DNA of 64,000 nt from a phage. The notes under the pieces were generated by a model. That model was not told the DNA's origin and did no database searches. It saw only the letters and a program-made list of their open reading frames with translations. The stretch is taken from the sequence record NC_102531.1. The stretch is one strand, 5' to 3'. Both the position numbers and the translations under genes were made by a program. Shown here piece after piece: positions 26,600 through 36,590 of the stretch (the stretch's first letter is position 1; each line of letters begins with the position of its first letter).

Positions 26600-27899
26600 T
26601 TAAGGCCGGGGTAAGTTTGTAATAACGGAAGCCACCACCACCTTGCCAGTTTACAGACTTGGAAATACCACCTTGATCTTCGCCATCGATCACTTTTTCC
26701 AAGCGCGGAATAATATGGGTATGACAATGATCACCCAGTTCGATCAAGATCCAACGTCTTTTCATTTTGTGAGCTACAGCAGCAGTAGTTCCCGAACCAC
26801 CGAATGAATCCAATACCAAATCGCCTTCTCGCGTACACATTTCGAAAATCCGCTTCAAAAGCGCTTCTGGTTTTTTCCCATTTTTGAAACTAACGCCACC
26901 TTCATTTGCTATTCCATTCCAACTAATATCTGTCCAAACATCAGTTATTAGTTCCGCAGGCTGCATCTCACCGTCAATTTCCAAAAGCCTATTGGAGTAA
27001 AAGACCATTTGCCTACCATTTGCGATATAAAATCCTTCAACATCCTCATTTGGATGTACATAAACCTTATCCTTATCTTTCTTTGACTTCTCGATAGTTT
27101 CTTTTCTCTTTATTTTAGCACCACCACCAATTGCAACAGATTGAAATACACGTTCTGCATTATCAATTGCGAATTGTGCTAATTCATCATCGAATGTGTC
27201 AGGCAGTTTTTTCTTGGCTTCTTTTGCATCTTTATAGCCATTGGCCTTTGCAAACGCATCGGCAATACCGCACCACGTCCAATTTTTATAATGGTCATCC
27301 GGGTTTAATAGGTATTTGTTATATCCTGTATCATACCCTTTAGGTATATAGATTTTGTTAAGCGGTTTCTGGGTGCGATCTTTTGCATATACAAGCAAAA
27401 AGTTTGCTGTGGAGAAAACTGTGGCTCCTGTTGCCTTAAATCCCGAAGGGGAATTTGTGGTCATCGATATGGTAGTTAACTGATTTGCACGACCAAAAAT
27501 CTCGTCCATCAAAACTTTTAAATACGCCATTTCGCAATCATCTAAGTGAACGAATATTACCCCATCATCACTTAGAAGATTACGAATTATTTCTAACCTA
27601 TCCCTCATTAAGCCCAGCCAAATGGAATGCTCAAGGCTATCATCGTAGTGCTCAAAAGCCCTTCCAGTATTGAATGGTGGGTCTATGTAAACACACTTCA
27701 CTTTGCCTGCATACTCTTGCTCTAGCGCCTTCAATGCTAATAAGTTATCTCCAAAAATCAGTTTATTATCAAAAATATCGTTTTCGGTCACTTTCTGGCT
27801 GTGGTAAGACTTGCTAGAATCTTCTAACAAAATGTGCGGCTCTAACTTTTTGCGCTCGTTTTTACCTATCCAGGTTAGTTCTAATTTGGTTTTACTCAT
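26574..27899 (-). CDS. DNA methyltransferase, Mod-like, probably N6-adenine; no partner endonuclease recognised
   Basis: LIFGDNLLALKAL then VYIDPPFNTG (motif IV) and C-terminal SFGGSGTTAAVA (motif I), i.e. beta-class order. Confidence 0.8.
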   Translation of the reverse strand: MSKTKLELTWIGKNERKKLEPHILLEDSSKSYHSQKVTENDIFDNKLIFGDNLLALKALEQEYAGKVKCVYIDPPFNTGRAFEHYDDSLEHSIWLGLMRDRLEIIRNLLSDDGVIFVHLDDCEMAYLKVLMDEIFGRANQLTTISMTTNSPSGFKATGATVFSTANFLLVYAKDRTQKPLNKIYIPKGYDTGYNKYLLNPDDHYKNWTWCGIADAFAKANGYKDAKEAKKKLPDTFDDELAQFAIDNAERVFQSVAIGGGAKIKRKETIEKSKKDKDKVYVHPNEDVEGFYIANGRQMVFYSNRLLEIDGEMQPAELITDVWTDISWNGIANEGGVSFKNGKKPEALLKRIFEMCTREGDLVLDSFGGSGTTAAVAHKMKRRWILIELGDHCHTHIIPRLEKVIDGEDQGGISKSVNWQGGGGFRYYKLTPALIAKDMSDQ

Positions 27900-27960
27900 C
27901 GTTTGGTGCTCTCCTTAGTTTTTGTGGGGAGGAGTGCCTCCCCTTTATACTCACATCTTA

Positions 27961-28302
27961 CTACTCAAGGTCTTCAGAGTCAAGCTCAAAAAGAATCAAA
28001 CTGTGCATACCTGCAGAGAGATTAACACACCCTGCAACAATAAGGGTTTGATAGTAAGGTTCAGCACCCTCGATGTCTTCGTTAAAATCCACAACAAGAT
28101 AGTCACCTTTGTTAAAGGTGTATTTGTCCGATGTAAACGCAAAACCTGCCCAGTCCCCTACTGCAGGATCTTTATCAGTCACCTTTGTCAGCAGTAGATC
28201 TTTTTCACGAGATCTTTTAGTAAAATCGTGAATCACGACATCCTTCTCTTCAGGAGTTGGATTGCCACACACGTAGTTAACTATATTTCTCCACAAACTC
28301 AT
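27961..28302 (-). CDS. Hypothetical protein (113 aa)
   Basis: ORF. Confidence 0.45.
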   Translation of the reverse strand: MSLWRNIVNYVCGNPTPEEKDVVIHDFTKRSREKDLLLTKVTDKDPAVGDWAGFAFTSDKYTFNKGDYLVVDFNEDIEGAEPYYQTLIVAGCVNLSAGMHSLILFELDSEDLE

Positions 28303-29669
28303 ACGTCCCCCTCTTCTGCTCTGGTTTCAAAATCTTTCCTGACAATTTTGTCTAAGTCAGGAAAGGTTGTATTGTAAAACTCTACGACTCGCGGGTCAAC
28401 AATAATGTCAACTTCTCTTAGTGGACGCAACAAGTTTATTCCTTGTATTGTCTTAACTCGACTCAAAGCAACATACGTCATCCCAGGAGAGAAAGCTCCG
28501 TTCTTTCCAAGGTCCAGGTTGTAACAATCTAGCGTAAGTCCTTGACTTTTATGAGATGTTACGGCGTACCCAGATTTCAGAGGGAGTTGCTTGTATGATC
28601 CAATCACTACCCTCTCTATAAACTTCTCCATCTTCCTTTCTGCAATGTTGTATCTTTGAGATGGCTTATACTCGTTATTCTCCCACAACCTTTGTTCTAT
28701 GTCAACCTGTGTTCCATCTTCAAGCTCTACCACCACCGCCTTGTTCTTAAATTTAACAATTGTGGCACGTGTTCCGTTAACATAATAAGGTACTTTGTGC
28801 GTCGGGTCAACATCGTTGGCGGTTATCATAACTTTCATGCCAATTTTCAACTTCATCTCCTGCTCAACTGGCAAGGTGGAGGGAAACTTACCCTTCATTT
28901 CACCAGTGTATACCTTCTCTGGGGCGTTGATGGCATCATAGAACCTTCTGTTCACTTCCTCTGCTTGTTTGTTGGTGGCGCAAATTGTGAGAGCATCTGT
29001 TGGTACACCGCCTTTGTAACAGCGAGCATTAAGTTCTGCTACAACCTCTTTTATGCGACGACCCTCACGAACACAGTTGAGCATTGTGGCAAATCGAATA
29101 GACTCCTGTCGGAACTGATCTATTAGGGCTATGTTGTGGAGGTCAAGCTCTTTCCAAGATTCGGTATAGCAACACAGGTCCGTATGGTAGAAGTTGAAAT
29201 AGGCTTCCTTCTCCATAGAAGAGACAACAGGAGGTGCCTGGTAAAAATCGCCAAACAATATGACCTGTATGCCTCCGAAAGGTTTGTCATTTTTTCGAAG
29301 GAAGCGGAGTTTCCTATCCATCTCTATAAACTTATCAGCACGGATCATAGAGATTTCATCGATAATTAGGATGGTAAATGCCTTGCTTTTCAAAGGCTTT
29401 GCTGTTTTTGCCCTTATTGCGGTCCAATCTGACTCCATGCTCACACCTGCTGCAAGATCGAAGGTTCGGTGTGCTGTTGCTCCATTAACGTTTAAAGCGG
29501 CTACCCCTGTCGGGGCAACCGTTATGCAAGAGTCTCCATACATCGACTGGATCATGTTGATGAGATACGTCTTCCCACAACCTGCAGGTCCTGAAACGAA
29601 GACATTCTCACCACTCATGATTGCAACGAGGGCAGCATCTGTGCCTACATCATACTGCCCTTTTTCCAT
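28299..29669 (-). CDS. SF1B DNA helicase, Pif1/RecD/Dda-like
   Basis: Walker A GPAGCGKT, APTGVAA, Walker B IIDEISM, GDFYQAPPV, TSHKSQG. Confidence 0.8.
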   Translation of the reverse strand: MEKGQYDVGTDAALVAIMSGENVFVSGPAGCGKTYLINMIQSMYGDSCITVAPTGVAALNVNGATAHRTFDLAAGVSMESDWTAIRAKTAKPLKSKAFTILIIDEISMIRADKFIEMDRKLRFLRKNDKPFGGIQVILFGDFYQAPPVVSSMEKEAYFNFYHTDLCCYTESWKELDLHNIALIDQFRQESIRFATMLNCVREGRRIKEVVAELNARCYKGGVPTDALTICATNKQAEEVNRRFYDAINAPEKVYTGEMKGKFPSTLPVEQEMKLKIGMKVMITANDVDPTHKVPYYVNGTRATIVKFKNKAVVVELEDGTQVDIEQRLWENNEYKPSQRYNIAERKMEKFIERVVIGSYKQLPLKSGYAVTSHKSQGLTLDCYNLDLGKNGAFSPGMTYVALSRVKTIQGINLLRPLREVDIIVDPRVVEFYNTTFPDLDKIVRKDFETRAEEGDV

Positions 29670-30874
29670 TACGCCTCCTCGTAAAGAATGTCGATAGTGT
29701 TACCGTCACGATCAACTACATATTCAATAGGGTCTCCATCTTTGCGTGCTTCCGGAGCTACCACAATCTCATAGCGGCATGCACGGCACTTAGCGCTATT
29801 GTGTTGGTATGGCACACTAACCACATCTGCAGGGTCAACCATAACAGTCATTACAGTGCCGTAGCTCTTTGCATACTCTTTGCTGGCGCAGTGTAAGCCA
29901 TAGGAGCACGCAGCTTCCGGATCATCCTCTACAAAGTTACGAGGCATGGATACAAAAGCCCCCTGGTATTGTGGAACTTTACCACTGTGCCAATCCACCC
30001 ACTTGCTGCCGTTAAACTGAACCCCTTTGTAGCAAATGATTCGACCATCTTCTGCAATCTGAATATCATTGGCCTGCATAAAATCGTAGAGCATGTTTAC
30101 AGATTTTGCAGAAGGATTGCGTAGCAGGCGAACGAGGAATTTCACATAGCGGTCATCCAGTGTTCCGTCTGCATAATCTTTCTCAATTTTCTTTGCAATG
30201 GTGGATCGCATCTCTACACCGTAGTAGTAGAGCTTACCATCTTTCATGATCAGGTTGTCTGCAAGTGTGGTGAACTCATTCTTGCGTTCCAGCCAGACAA
30301 GGATTTCACCAATTGCCTCGTCATATTCCTGAACAGAGATATGGTCGAAGACTTTCTGGTAAACTTCCTCACTTTCGCTGCGGCGAATTTCAAAAATGCC
30401 TTCGTTGCAGGTAATCTGGAGGAGTTCCCCACAAATAACTACCAAAGGCTCAATGCTTCGAGTCTGTTGCTGAGACACACTGCTCACCACCTCCAGCACC
30501 GGATCTTTGACTTCTATTGAAGGTTCTTCTGACTTGATTGCTACCCCAGTGAACCCCACACCGTGAACAACACACAGTGGGTATACCACGCCCCAACGTT
30601 TAACGGAACCTTCGCCTAAATCTAAGATCATGGCGTACTTACCGTTATCTTCCAGACCGTATCGAAATAAACGGGCCTCTTCGCGGGTTTCAAAATCCTC
30701 ACGGGTGTAGCAGACGCTGTCACGGTCAGGATCGAACAACTCTGGGGCACCCACTGCCAGTGTCCAGGTTGTGTCGCCTTTCTCAATGGCACATGTGAAA
30801 CCCTTCTTCTCAAGTTCTGCACGGCGGTCTCGTGCTTCTTTACGGGTTTTGAAATGTTCGTAGATGAAAATCAT
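29669..30874 (-). CDS. Hypothetical protein (401 aa), partner of the GHKL ATPase
   Basis: Long ORF immediately downstream of the GHKL gene; no motif recognised. Confidence 0.55.
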   Translation of the reverse strand: MIFIYEHFKTRKEARDRRAELEKKGFTCAIEKGDTTWTLAVGAPELFDPDRDSVCYTREDFETREEARLFRYGLEDNGKYAMILDLGEGSVKRWGVVYPLCVVHGVGFTGVAIKSEEPSIEVKDPVLEVVSSVSQQQTRSIEPLVVICGELLQITCNEGIFEIRRSESEEVYQKVFDHISVQEYDEAIGEILVWLERKNEFTTLADNLIMKDGKLYYYGVEMRSTIAKKIEKDYADGTLDDRYVKFLVRLLRNPSAKSVNMLYDFMQANDIQIAEDGRIICYKGVQFNGSKWVDWHSGKVPQYQGAFVSMPRNFVEDDPEAACSYGLHCASKEYAKSYGTVMTVMVDPADVVSVPYQHNSAKCRACRYEIVVAPEARKDGDPIEYVVDRDGNTIDILYEEA

Positions 30875-30884
30875 CTTGGTCTCC

Positions 30885-32867
30885 TTATTTGATGTTATTC
30901 TTTGTATCGATCAGTTCACGGTATTCAATCATAGCAGGAGTGTCCCAATATTTCAAGCCTACATGCTTCAAAAGTGGGTATTTCTTTTCCAATCTTGCAA
31001 TATAGGCCTTCCCGCATTTAACTCGGTTGGCGATTAAGATTTTGGCACGATGATTTAGCTCGCTGTGCTTCCACGCGGTGTTACCTTCCCACTTGTGGAA
31101 ATGTGGCCGATAATTTCCAAAATCTTGCATGGGAATAATTTTCCCTAATTGTCTATACAGGCTGTCATATGAAGTTTCATTTGCTGCGCGAGTCAGTAAG
31201 AATTTCCAGGCGTCCTCTTTCAACAAATGTTCCACATTCTTCTCTGTAACATACTGGCAATCAGGATCAGTCCAAAGCAGACGAGATTCTGATACCAGGT
31301 ACAGATCTTCCCCTTCAGGAATCTGGAGTGCCGCACGCACACGGTCATAATTTTGCTGGTAGATGTTACTCATCTGTCCCAGCCAGCAGCTTCCCCGTTG
31401 GATATCTCCCTCATAAGGGATGCAATGCTTAATCTTCTTGAACTCTGCCTTCGTGAGGCGCTCACGATGGAAGTAGCCATCCTCTCTAAGCTTCTTAACC
31501 CAGTAACCCGGCTCGTAACGAGTTTTGGTTTCACCTTTCTTCGAAGGTCGGCGTGGAAGCTCAGATAATAATTTTACCGTATCTGCAAAGAACGGGTGGT
31601 GTGCCGCCTCTTTAAACTCTTTCACCAGATCCGTGTTCCGACAATAGAAAACGTTGCGTCCGGTGATCTCGCTTAAGTAGTTACACTTATTCCGGTTATA
31701 TTTGCCGTCTCCGTCGTTAAATACTAAATAGACTCCCCGTAGGAATTCTACCTTTCCGTAGCAGGAGTAGCCTATGCGGCCTTTATTTAAGCCGCCAGCG
31801 AAGATCTCACAATCTCCCAAACTTCCTAGTCCTGTCTCTTCCCATCGGTCCCACATAAAATTCTTACCGAAGATGTGCCCGAACACTCCACTGTTCTTCA
31901 TCATCTCGCGTGCTTCTGAGGATGTTTTTGCTGTCTCCAATTCCGCAACAACTTCTGCCCCACGAAGACGGATACCTTCTTTGACAAAAGCCTCCAGACG
32001 CTCTTGGAATCCACCATCGTCGTGCCCCTCTATGGTCCATTCGCGCCCAGGATTAATATTGCAATCCCCGATAGGGATCTCTACACAGATTGCAGGGTAG
32101 TCTGTCAATGTTTCCAGAAACTTAGAGCGGTAAGGTTGGTGTCCCATCACCACACGGCTCTCATCAGAGCTGGTATAACCTTTCAGGATGGTCATTTTCC
32201 AACCATCTTTCTCGTAGCGATACTGCGCCTCAACCTTGTCACCTTCCAGCATCTTACTGGTCATAGGGTCGGTAACGGTAAACGGAAACTTTGCATAGCG
32301 TAGGCATGACGCAATAGCAGTGCGATATTTCAGAACATGCTCTTTCTTAACATGGAACTGAACTTTTACCCCGTTGTGCTCTTCAGTCTTCCGCTCGCGG
32401 ATCTTGGTAACGTTTGGGATACCCTGATCCAAGAACAACAGATATGTGCTTTCAACACCGTTGTGCACACTGATCACATCGAAAGTGTCCACCATGCTGA
32501 ACGGGGCCTTTGAACCTACACCTTTATTACCTACCAGAGCGTTGCTGTTGCGCTTGGTTGACTCCCCGAGGTTCATGAAAGTGTTGCGGACCATCTCTTC
32601 CGACATGCCCAATCCAACGTCCTGCACAAAGAAGTATGGTTCAAGGTCTGTAGGAGAGTGAATGATGATCGGTACATCACCCCGTCCAGACTCAACATGG
32701 GAGTCCACAGCATTGAAGATTGGTTCACGGCAGCTTGCCAGCACCTTATCTTCGTAAATCCCTTTAATGATTAGCCCAAAAGTCTCTTTGTTCAGAGAAA
32801 TTGAGCCCCTGGTGACCTCCATATTTCCGGTTAGTACTGCTTTAGTTTCATTACTGTTTACAATCAT
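30885..32867 (-). CDS. GHKL-family ATPase domain protein (660 aa), rIIA-like candidate
   Basis: Bergerat-fold motifs: N-box EPIFNAVDS, G1 VQDVGLGMS, G2 GNKGVGSKAPF; the long C-terminal region is unassigned. Confidence 0.6.
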   Translation of the reverse strand: MIVNSNETKAVLTGNMEVTRGSISLNKETFGLIIKGIYEDKVLASCREPIFNAVDSHVESGRGDVPIIIHSPTDLEPYFFVQDVGLGMSEEMVRNTFMNLGESTKRNSNALVGNKGVGSKAPFSMVDTFDVISVHNGVESTYLLFLDQGIPNVTKIRERKTEEHNGVKVQFHVKKEHVLKYRTAIASCLRYAKFPFTVTDPMTSKMLEGDKVEAQYRYEKDGWKMTILKGYTSSDESRVVMGHQPYRSKFLETLTDYPAICVEIPIGDCNINPGREWTIEGHDDGGFQERLEAFVKEGIRLRGAEVVAELETAKTSSEAREMMKNSGVFGHIFGKNFMWDRWEETGLGSLGDCEIFAGGLNKGRIGYSCYGKVEFLRGVYLVFNDGDGKYNRNKCNYLSEITGRNVFYCRNTDLVKEFKEAAHHPFFADTVKLLSELPRRPSKKGETKTRYEPGYWVKKLREDGYFHRERLTKAEFKKIKHCIPYEGDIQRGSCWLGQMSNIYQQNYDRVRAALQIPEGEDLYLVSESRLLWTDPDCQYVTEKNVEHLLKEDAWKFLLTRAANETSYDSLYRQLGKIIPMQDFGNYRPHFHKWEGNTAWKHSELNHRAKILIANRVKCGKAYIARLEKKYPLLKHVGLKYWDTPAMIEYRELIDTKNNIK

Positions 32868-33364
32868 TTATTGCGCTCCTTGTAGTAGATATGACTCCCG
32901 AATTGAGCTGTCCTCTGCATCTTTTTTGCCCATTTCGGTCGTACTTTGGTTGTATGGTAGTGTGTTGCTCCACCTGTTATGTCCATAGCCATGTATGCAA
33001 CATGGTTGTTATTATAGACCTTTAGAAGCATCTTTGCAAGACTTTTAGCGTGATCCCATGAATCTTTTTCTGTCACCTTAAAAGTTTTGCCGTGGTTTGT
33101 CCACGAAAACTGGTTAGGTTGGTAGACAATCTTTCTTATAGTGTCTGGGTATTTGGGGTGAGATTTCCTGTTTAGTGTGGCAAACCCTGATGCCAGCATA
33201 CCCATCGTGCCATCCCCTCTAGCCTCCCTGTAGATATTGCATGCCAGAATGTTTTCCTTAGTATCTGAGGGCTTGCAAGTATGATATACTTTTTGTTTTG
33301 GTGCTGCAACAACAGGCAGCGATAAAAGTGCGCTCAAAATAATAGCAAAGATCTTAATTTTCAC
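32864..33364 (-). CDS. Secreted cell-wall hydrolase, SleB/CwlJ-like (candidate endolysin)
   Basis: Signal peptide MKIKIFAIILSALLSLPVVA; NIYREARG...QPNQFSW motif; GTG start; ATGA overlap with the GHKL gene. Confidence 0.6.
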   Translation of the reverse strand: MKIKIFAIILSALLSLPVVAAPKQKVYHTCKPSDTKENILACNIYREARGDGTMGMLASGFATLNRKSHPKYPDTIRKIVYQPNQFSWTNHGKTFKVTEKDSWDHAKSLAKMLLKVYNNNHVAYMAMDITGGATHYHTTKVRPKWAKKMQRTAQFGSHIYYKERNK

Positions 33365-33369
33365 AATGA

Positions 33370-33400
33370 CTCCAAATAGAAAATCCCCGCCGAAGCGGGG
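33370..33400 (-). terminator. Intrinsic terminator (CCCCGCTTCGGCGGGG then ATTTTCTATTT)
   Basis: Same 16-nt hairpin as at 59811..59826. Confidence 0.55.
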
Positions 33401-33412
33401 AGGTCTTAGAAA

Positions 33413-33841
33413 TTAATCGTAGTGTGCCAAAATCTCTCCATCGTTGCAAGTTCCCTCTACAAAGTTATGAAGATTCATGCACTCATCTTGATAGAAGAAT
33501 TTACCGCTTTTCAGCCGTAGGCCAAACAACTCCGCATCTCCACGATGGCAAGCCTCTACAAGTTCATAGATTTCATACGGCAACTCTCCGTCGTCATGGA
33601 AGAATCCAGCCTTATCGTTGACATAAATGAAGAAATAATCACTGCTATCGCAAGCATCCAATATTTTAAACCAGATTTCATCTACATCTTTTTCTCGGAT
33701 ATCGATCACGCAAGTGGAGCTGCATTCGTACTCCTTCTCCGGCTCCTCGGTCAATACCACCAGGTAGTTTCCCCGCTTACCTACTTTAGCCATACAACCC
33801 CCCTTAAGCTTTAGCCAAAATGGCGCTAAACTCTTCACCAA
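33413..33841 (-). CDS. Hypothetical Cys-containing protein (142 aa)
   Basis: ORF. Confidence 0.45.
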   Translation of the reverse strand: MVKSLAPFWLKLKGGCMAKVGKRGNYLVVLTEEPEKEYECSSTCVIDIREKDVDEIWFKILDACDSSDYFFIYVNDKAGFFHDDGELPYEIYELVEACHRGDAELFGLRLKSGKFFYQDECMNLHNFVEGTCNDGEILAHYD

Positions 33842-34988
33842 ACTCTTTTACAATCTTCATCAGGTTTGGGTATGCTTTGATCAGCTGAGCAACAATCTTG
33901 TCACGCCCTTTACCGATAAGCAAGGCATTTCCTAAGGCATTAGGTTTCATCATCGCCATAAAGACTGAGAATACAAAATCTCGGTTCTCGTCCTTGAAGT
34001 TTTCCCAAAGGAAATCGAGGAAGTTTGCCACGCAGCTGACAAGATCTTCGTCTGAGATACTTGCATTTTCCATCATATTACGAATAGCGATACAACCTTC
34101 AGATCCAAGAATCCACAAAATGTCTGGCTGCTTAGGACCTACGTATTCTTTGCAGCCACCTGCCATAATCCGACCGATTTCCGGTAAATTGCGTTTCTTG
34201 GTGTGGTATGTCCAGATCTCTACCGCTGCAGTGTGACCAATAGCACCTTGCAGAAGAATACGGGACATAGCGTCAGAAATAATACCGCTGTCAAAATCGT
34301 GCAAGATGTCAGATGCAGCAACCCAAGATCGTGGTGTGGCAAAAGATGGACAATTAATCTCAGCCATAGCCTCATAATTATCAATAGCTGATGGAACTCT
34401 TTTCAGATACCCAATTACAGAGGAGTGAACCCCGTTGAGGAATGCGTAGTCCTCAATAAACACCTCTGCATTGCTTGTAACCTCTACAATGATAAAGCGG
34501 TTAGCCAGAGGGGCTTCGAGCGCCGAAAGAACCGCACCATCTGTAGAACGGTTACCCGCAGCCACAAAAACAGAACCCTTAGGGAATGCATAGGTGCCGC
34601 ACTTGTGGTCAAGCATAATTTGCATTGCAACCTTTTGCAGGTAGTTATCTGCATGAGTGAGCTCATCCAGAAAGATAATTCCGCTCCAGTCAGGATCCGC
34701 AGGCCAAAATTCTGGAATTGCAAACACTGTACGTGTAGTTCCATCCGCTTCTACAGGGATAGGTAGCCCAGATAAGTCGGCAGGATCTTTATCTGACAGT
34801 CGCACGTCAACAAGGTTGTCATCTCGCTCACCGAACATATTATCAGCGATCTGCTTCATCACCTGGCTTTTACCCACACCCATTGGTCCCAAAATTAGGA
34901 CAGATCGGCTATGACGTTGGGCAAACTGAATAATAGCTGGCAACTCACGGACAGTGATTTGACCACTTTCGAATACGTTTCTTGACAT
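33804..34988 (-). CDS. AAA+ ATPase, MoxR/CbbQ/CobS-like
   Basis: Walker A GPMGVGKS, Walker B IIFLDELTHA, AAA_5-like layout. Confidence 0.7.
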   Translation of the reverse strand: MSRNVFESGQITVRELPAIIQFAQRHSRSVLILGPMGVGKSQVMKQIADNMFGERDDNLVDVRLSDKDPADLSGLPIPVEADGTTRTVFAIPEFWPADPDWSGIIFLDELTHADNYLQKVAMQIMLDHKCGTYAFPKGSVFVAAGNRSTDGAVLSALEAPLANRFIIVEVTSNAEVFIEDYAFLNGVHSSVIGYLKRVPSAIDNYEAMAEINCPSFATPRSWVAASDILHDFDSGIISDAMSRILLQGAIGHTAAVEIWTYHTKKRNLPEIGRIMAGGCKEYVGPKQPDILWILGSEGCIAIRNMMENASISDEDLVSCVANFLDFLWENFKDENRDFVFSVFMAMMKPNALGNALLIGKGRDKIVAQLIKAYPNLMKIVKEFGEEFSAILAKA

Positions 34989-35257
34989 TAGTAAAAGTCC
35001 TCTACTTGTGTGTAAGTGTTTTCAAAGTTTTCCAAAACAGATATCACATCGAATCTGTCAATATCATACGTGACTCTCCAGTTGTACGCAACCCTTTCTG
35101 CTGTTGCCTCTTCTGGCGCTAGTCGTCTGCTGGCATAAAAGAGTGTTGGAGTACACTTTCTTGCTTGCCCTCTAACTTTCCCATAATAATATCTGTGAAT
35201 ATCTTTGTCAAAATTTAACTCTTTTTCTGCACGAAGTTCATATTGCTGGTATAACAT
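34988..35257 (-). CDS. Hypothetical protein (89 aa)
   Basis: ORF. Confidence 0.45.
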   Translation of the reverse strand: MLYQQYELRAEKELNFDKDIHRYYYGKVRGQARKCTPTLFYASRRLAPEEATAERVAYNWRVTYDIDRFDVISVLENFENTYTQVEDFY

Positions 35258-35301
35258 CTCTACTACTCCTTAAGCAGCATCCTTGCCGCCATTCCTGCCC
35301 A

Positions 35302-35682
35302 CTAAAATGCAGTCCGAATCCAGACAAGGTTCTTATCTGCCCAATCATAGAGGCAAGTCATTGCACTATTGAATTGCTCACACGGAGGATAATCTTCTTC
35401 CATCTGGCGCATAGCAGAGCCTTGTGGGTAAAGCTCCCGTGCTGCAAACCACGCATCGTAGTCATCCACGGTATCGAAGTAGTATACAACATCCTCCAAC
35501 TCAGGATCGAACTTTGAACTATCAGGATCCAGTTGTTCAGGGAACTTGGAGCGTAACTTGCCAGCCACAATACTTGCCAACTCGCTAACATGCTTATTGT
35601 CCCACTCCACTAGCTTCCCGTCTTCAGTGATGCGTCCTAACCACTGATCATGAAGGTCAACTGTTGTCTTCCACTGAGCCAT
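35302..35682 (-). CDS. Hypothetical protein (126 aa)
   Basis: ORF. Confidence 0.45.
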   Translation of the reverse strand: MAQWKTTVDLHDQWLGRITEDGKLVEWDNKHVSELASIVAGKLRSKFPEQLDPDSSKFDPELEDVVYYFDTVDDYDAWFAARELYPQGSAMRQMEEDYPPCEQFNSAMTCLYDWADKNLVWIRTAF

Positions 35683-35684
35683 TA

Positions 35685-35942
35685 TCAGTCCACCTCTTCT
35701 TCTCGTTGTAGTTCAAGATACCCGTAGGTCTGGACATCTTGAAGGGTGTGGAACTCCCCCTCTGCCGCTAAGGCACGAACAACTTGGCACAAAACCTTAT
35801 GAGGAACTTCATCCAAACCTAGATTCAGTGCAGGAAACACCTTATCTAAGTCAACAAAATAAACGAACTGTAGCTCACCAGCTTCAAAAGGTGTATCTTC
35901 AATAAACATCTTCTCGGCATTAGTCAAGATCTGCACTTTCAT
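35685..35942 (-). CDS. Hypothetical protein (85 aa)
   Basis: ORF. Confidence 0.45.
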   Translation of the reverse strand: MKVQILTNAEKMFIEDTPFEAGELQFVYFVDLDKVFPALNLGLDEVPHKVLCQVVRALAAEGEFHTLQDVQTYGYLELQREEEVD

Positions 35943-36298
35943 TATTCTACCTCCTCTTCTTTTTCTTCGGCATTAGTTTCATGGCTACTCCACTCGGGAG
36001 TTTCTACCTCGACAGTAAACTCACGCACTACACGGTAATTGCCCATGAAGCGCTCTACTTCGTCAAGGCTTATGGAGAGGCCATTGGCAACCAGGTCTGC
36101 AGCACCCTCTTCTACCAGGTAGTCCAGATTGGCTTCCAGAGCCTCAGGTTCAAACCCTGTCAATGCAATCAGATAACCTTCCCCTTCATCAGGGAGGACA
36201 ATACAGCCCAATTGATTTTCTTTAAAAAGGCAGTGACCATCATTATTGATTGGGTGTTCATTGCAGTAAATAGCTGCACGATAAGTAACTTTAGACAT
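35942..36298 (-). CDS. Hypothetical protein (118 aa) beginning MSKVTYRA inside the 29-bp inverted repeat
   Basis: ATG at 36298 preceded by AAGGAGA; first 24 coding nt identical to 38142..38165 on the other strand. Confidence 0.45.
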   Translation of the reverse strand: MSKVTYRAAIYCNEHPINNDGHCLFKENQLGCIVLPDEGEGYLIALTGFEPEALEANLDYLVEEGAADLVANGLSISLDEVERFMGNYRVVREFTVEVETPEWSSHETNAEEKEEEVE

Positions 36299-36303
36299 CG
36301 GTA
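36275..36303. repeat. 29-bp perfect inverted repeat, left copy
   Basis: Exact reverse complement of 38137..38165; flanking bases differ on both sides. Confidence 0.85.
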
Positions 36304-36311
36304 AGGTCTCC

Positions 36312-36590
36312 TTAGGCAATTGTCATTTTACATTCTTGAAATTTTAACACAAGACGGTGATTGTGTCTAGTGTCTAAAAAGATTTTTTCAACCATCAGGC
36401 ACACGGTATAACCGTCCATCTTGTTGACAACAAAATCTCCAGGATGAGGGAGGATGTCTCCCGGATTGGGGAAACATAGTCCACTCAGAAAGGCATCGTC
36501 AGTGGTGGACTTAATAGATTTCCACACACTGTCTGCCTGAACATGTTCGCCGACGTAATATACATTACCACATGCCTTCATCATAGTCAA
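36312..36590 (-). CDS. Hypothetical protein (92 aa)
   Basis: ORF. Confidence 0.45.
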   Translation of the reverse strand: MTMMKACGNVYYVGEHVQADSVWKSIKSTTDDAFLSGLCFPNPGDILPHPGDFVVNKMDGYTVCLMVEKIFLDTRHNHRLVLKFQECKMTIA

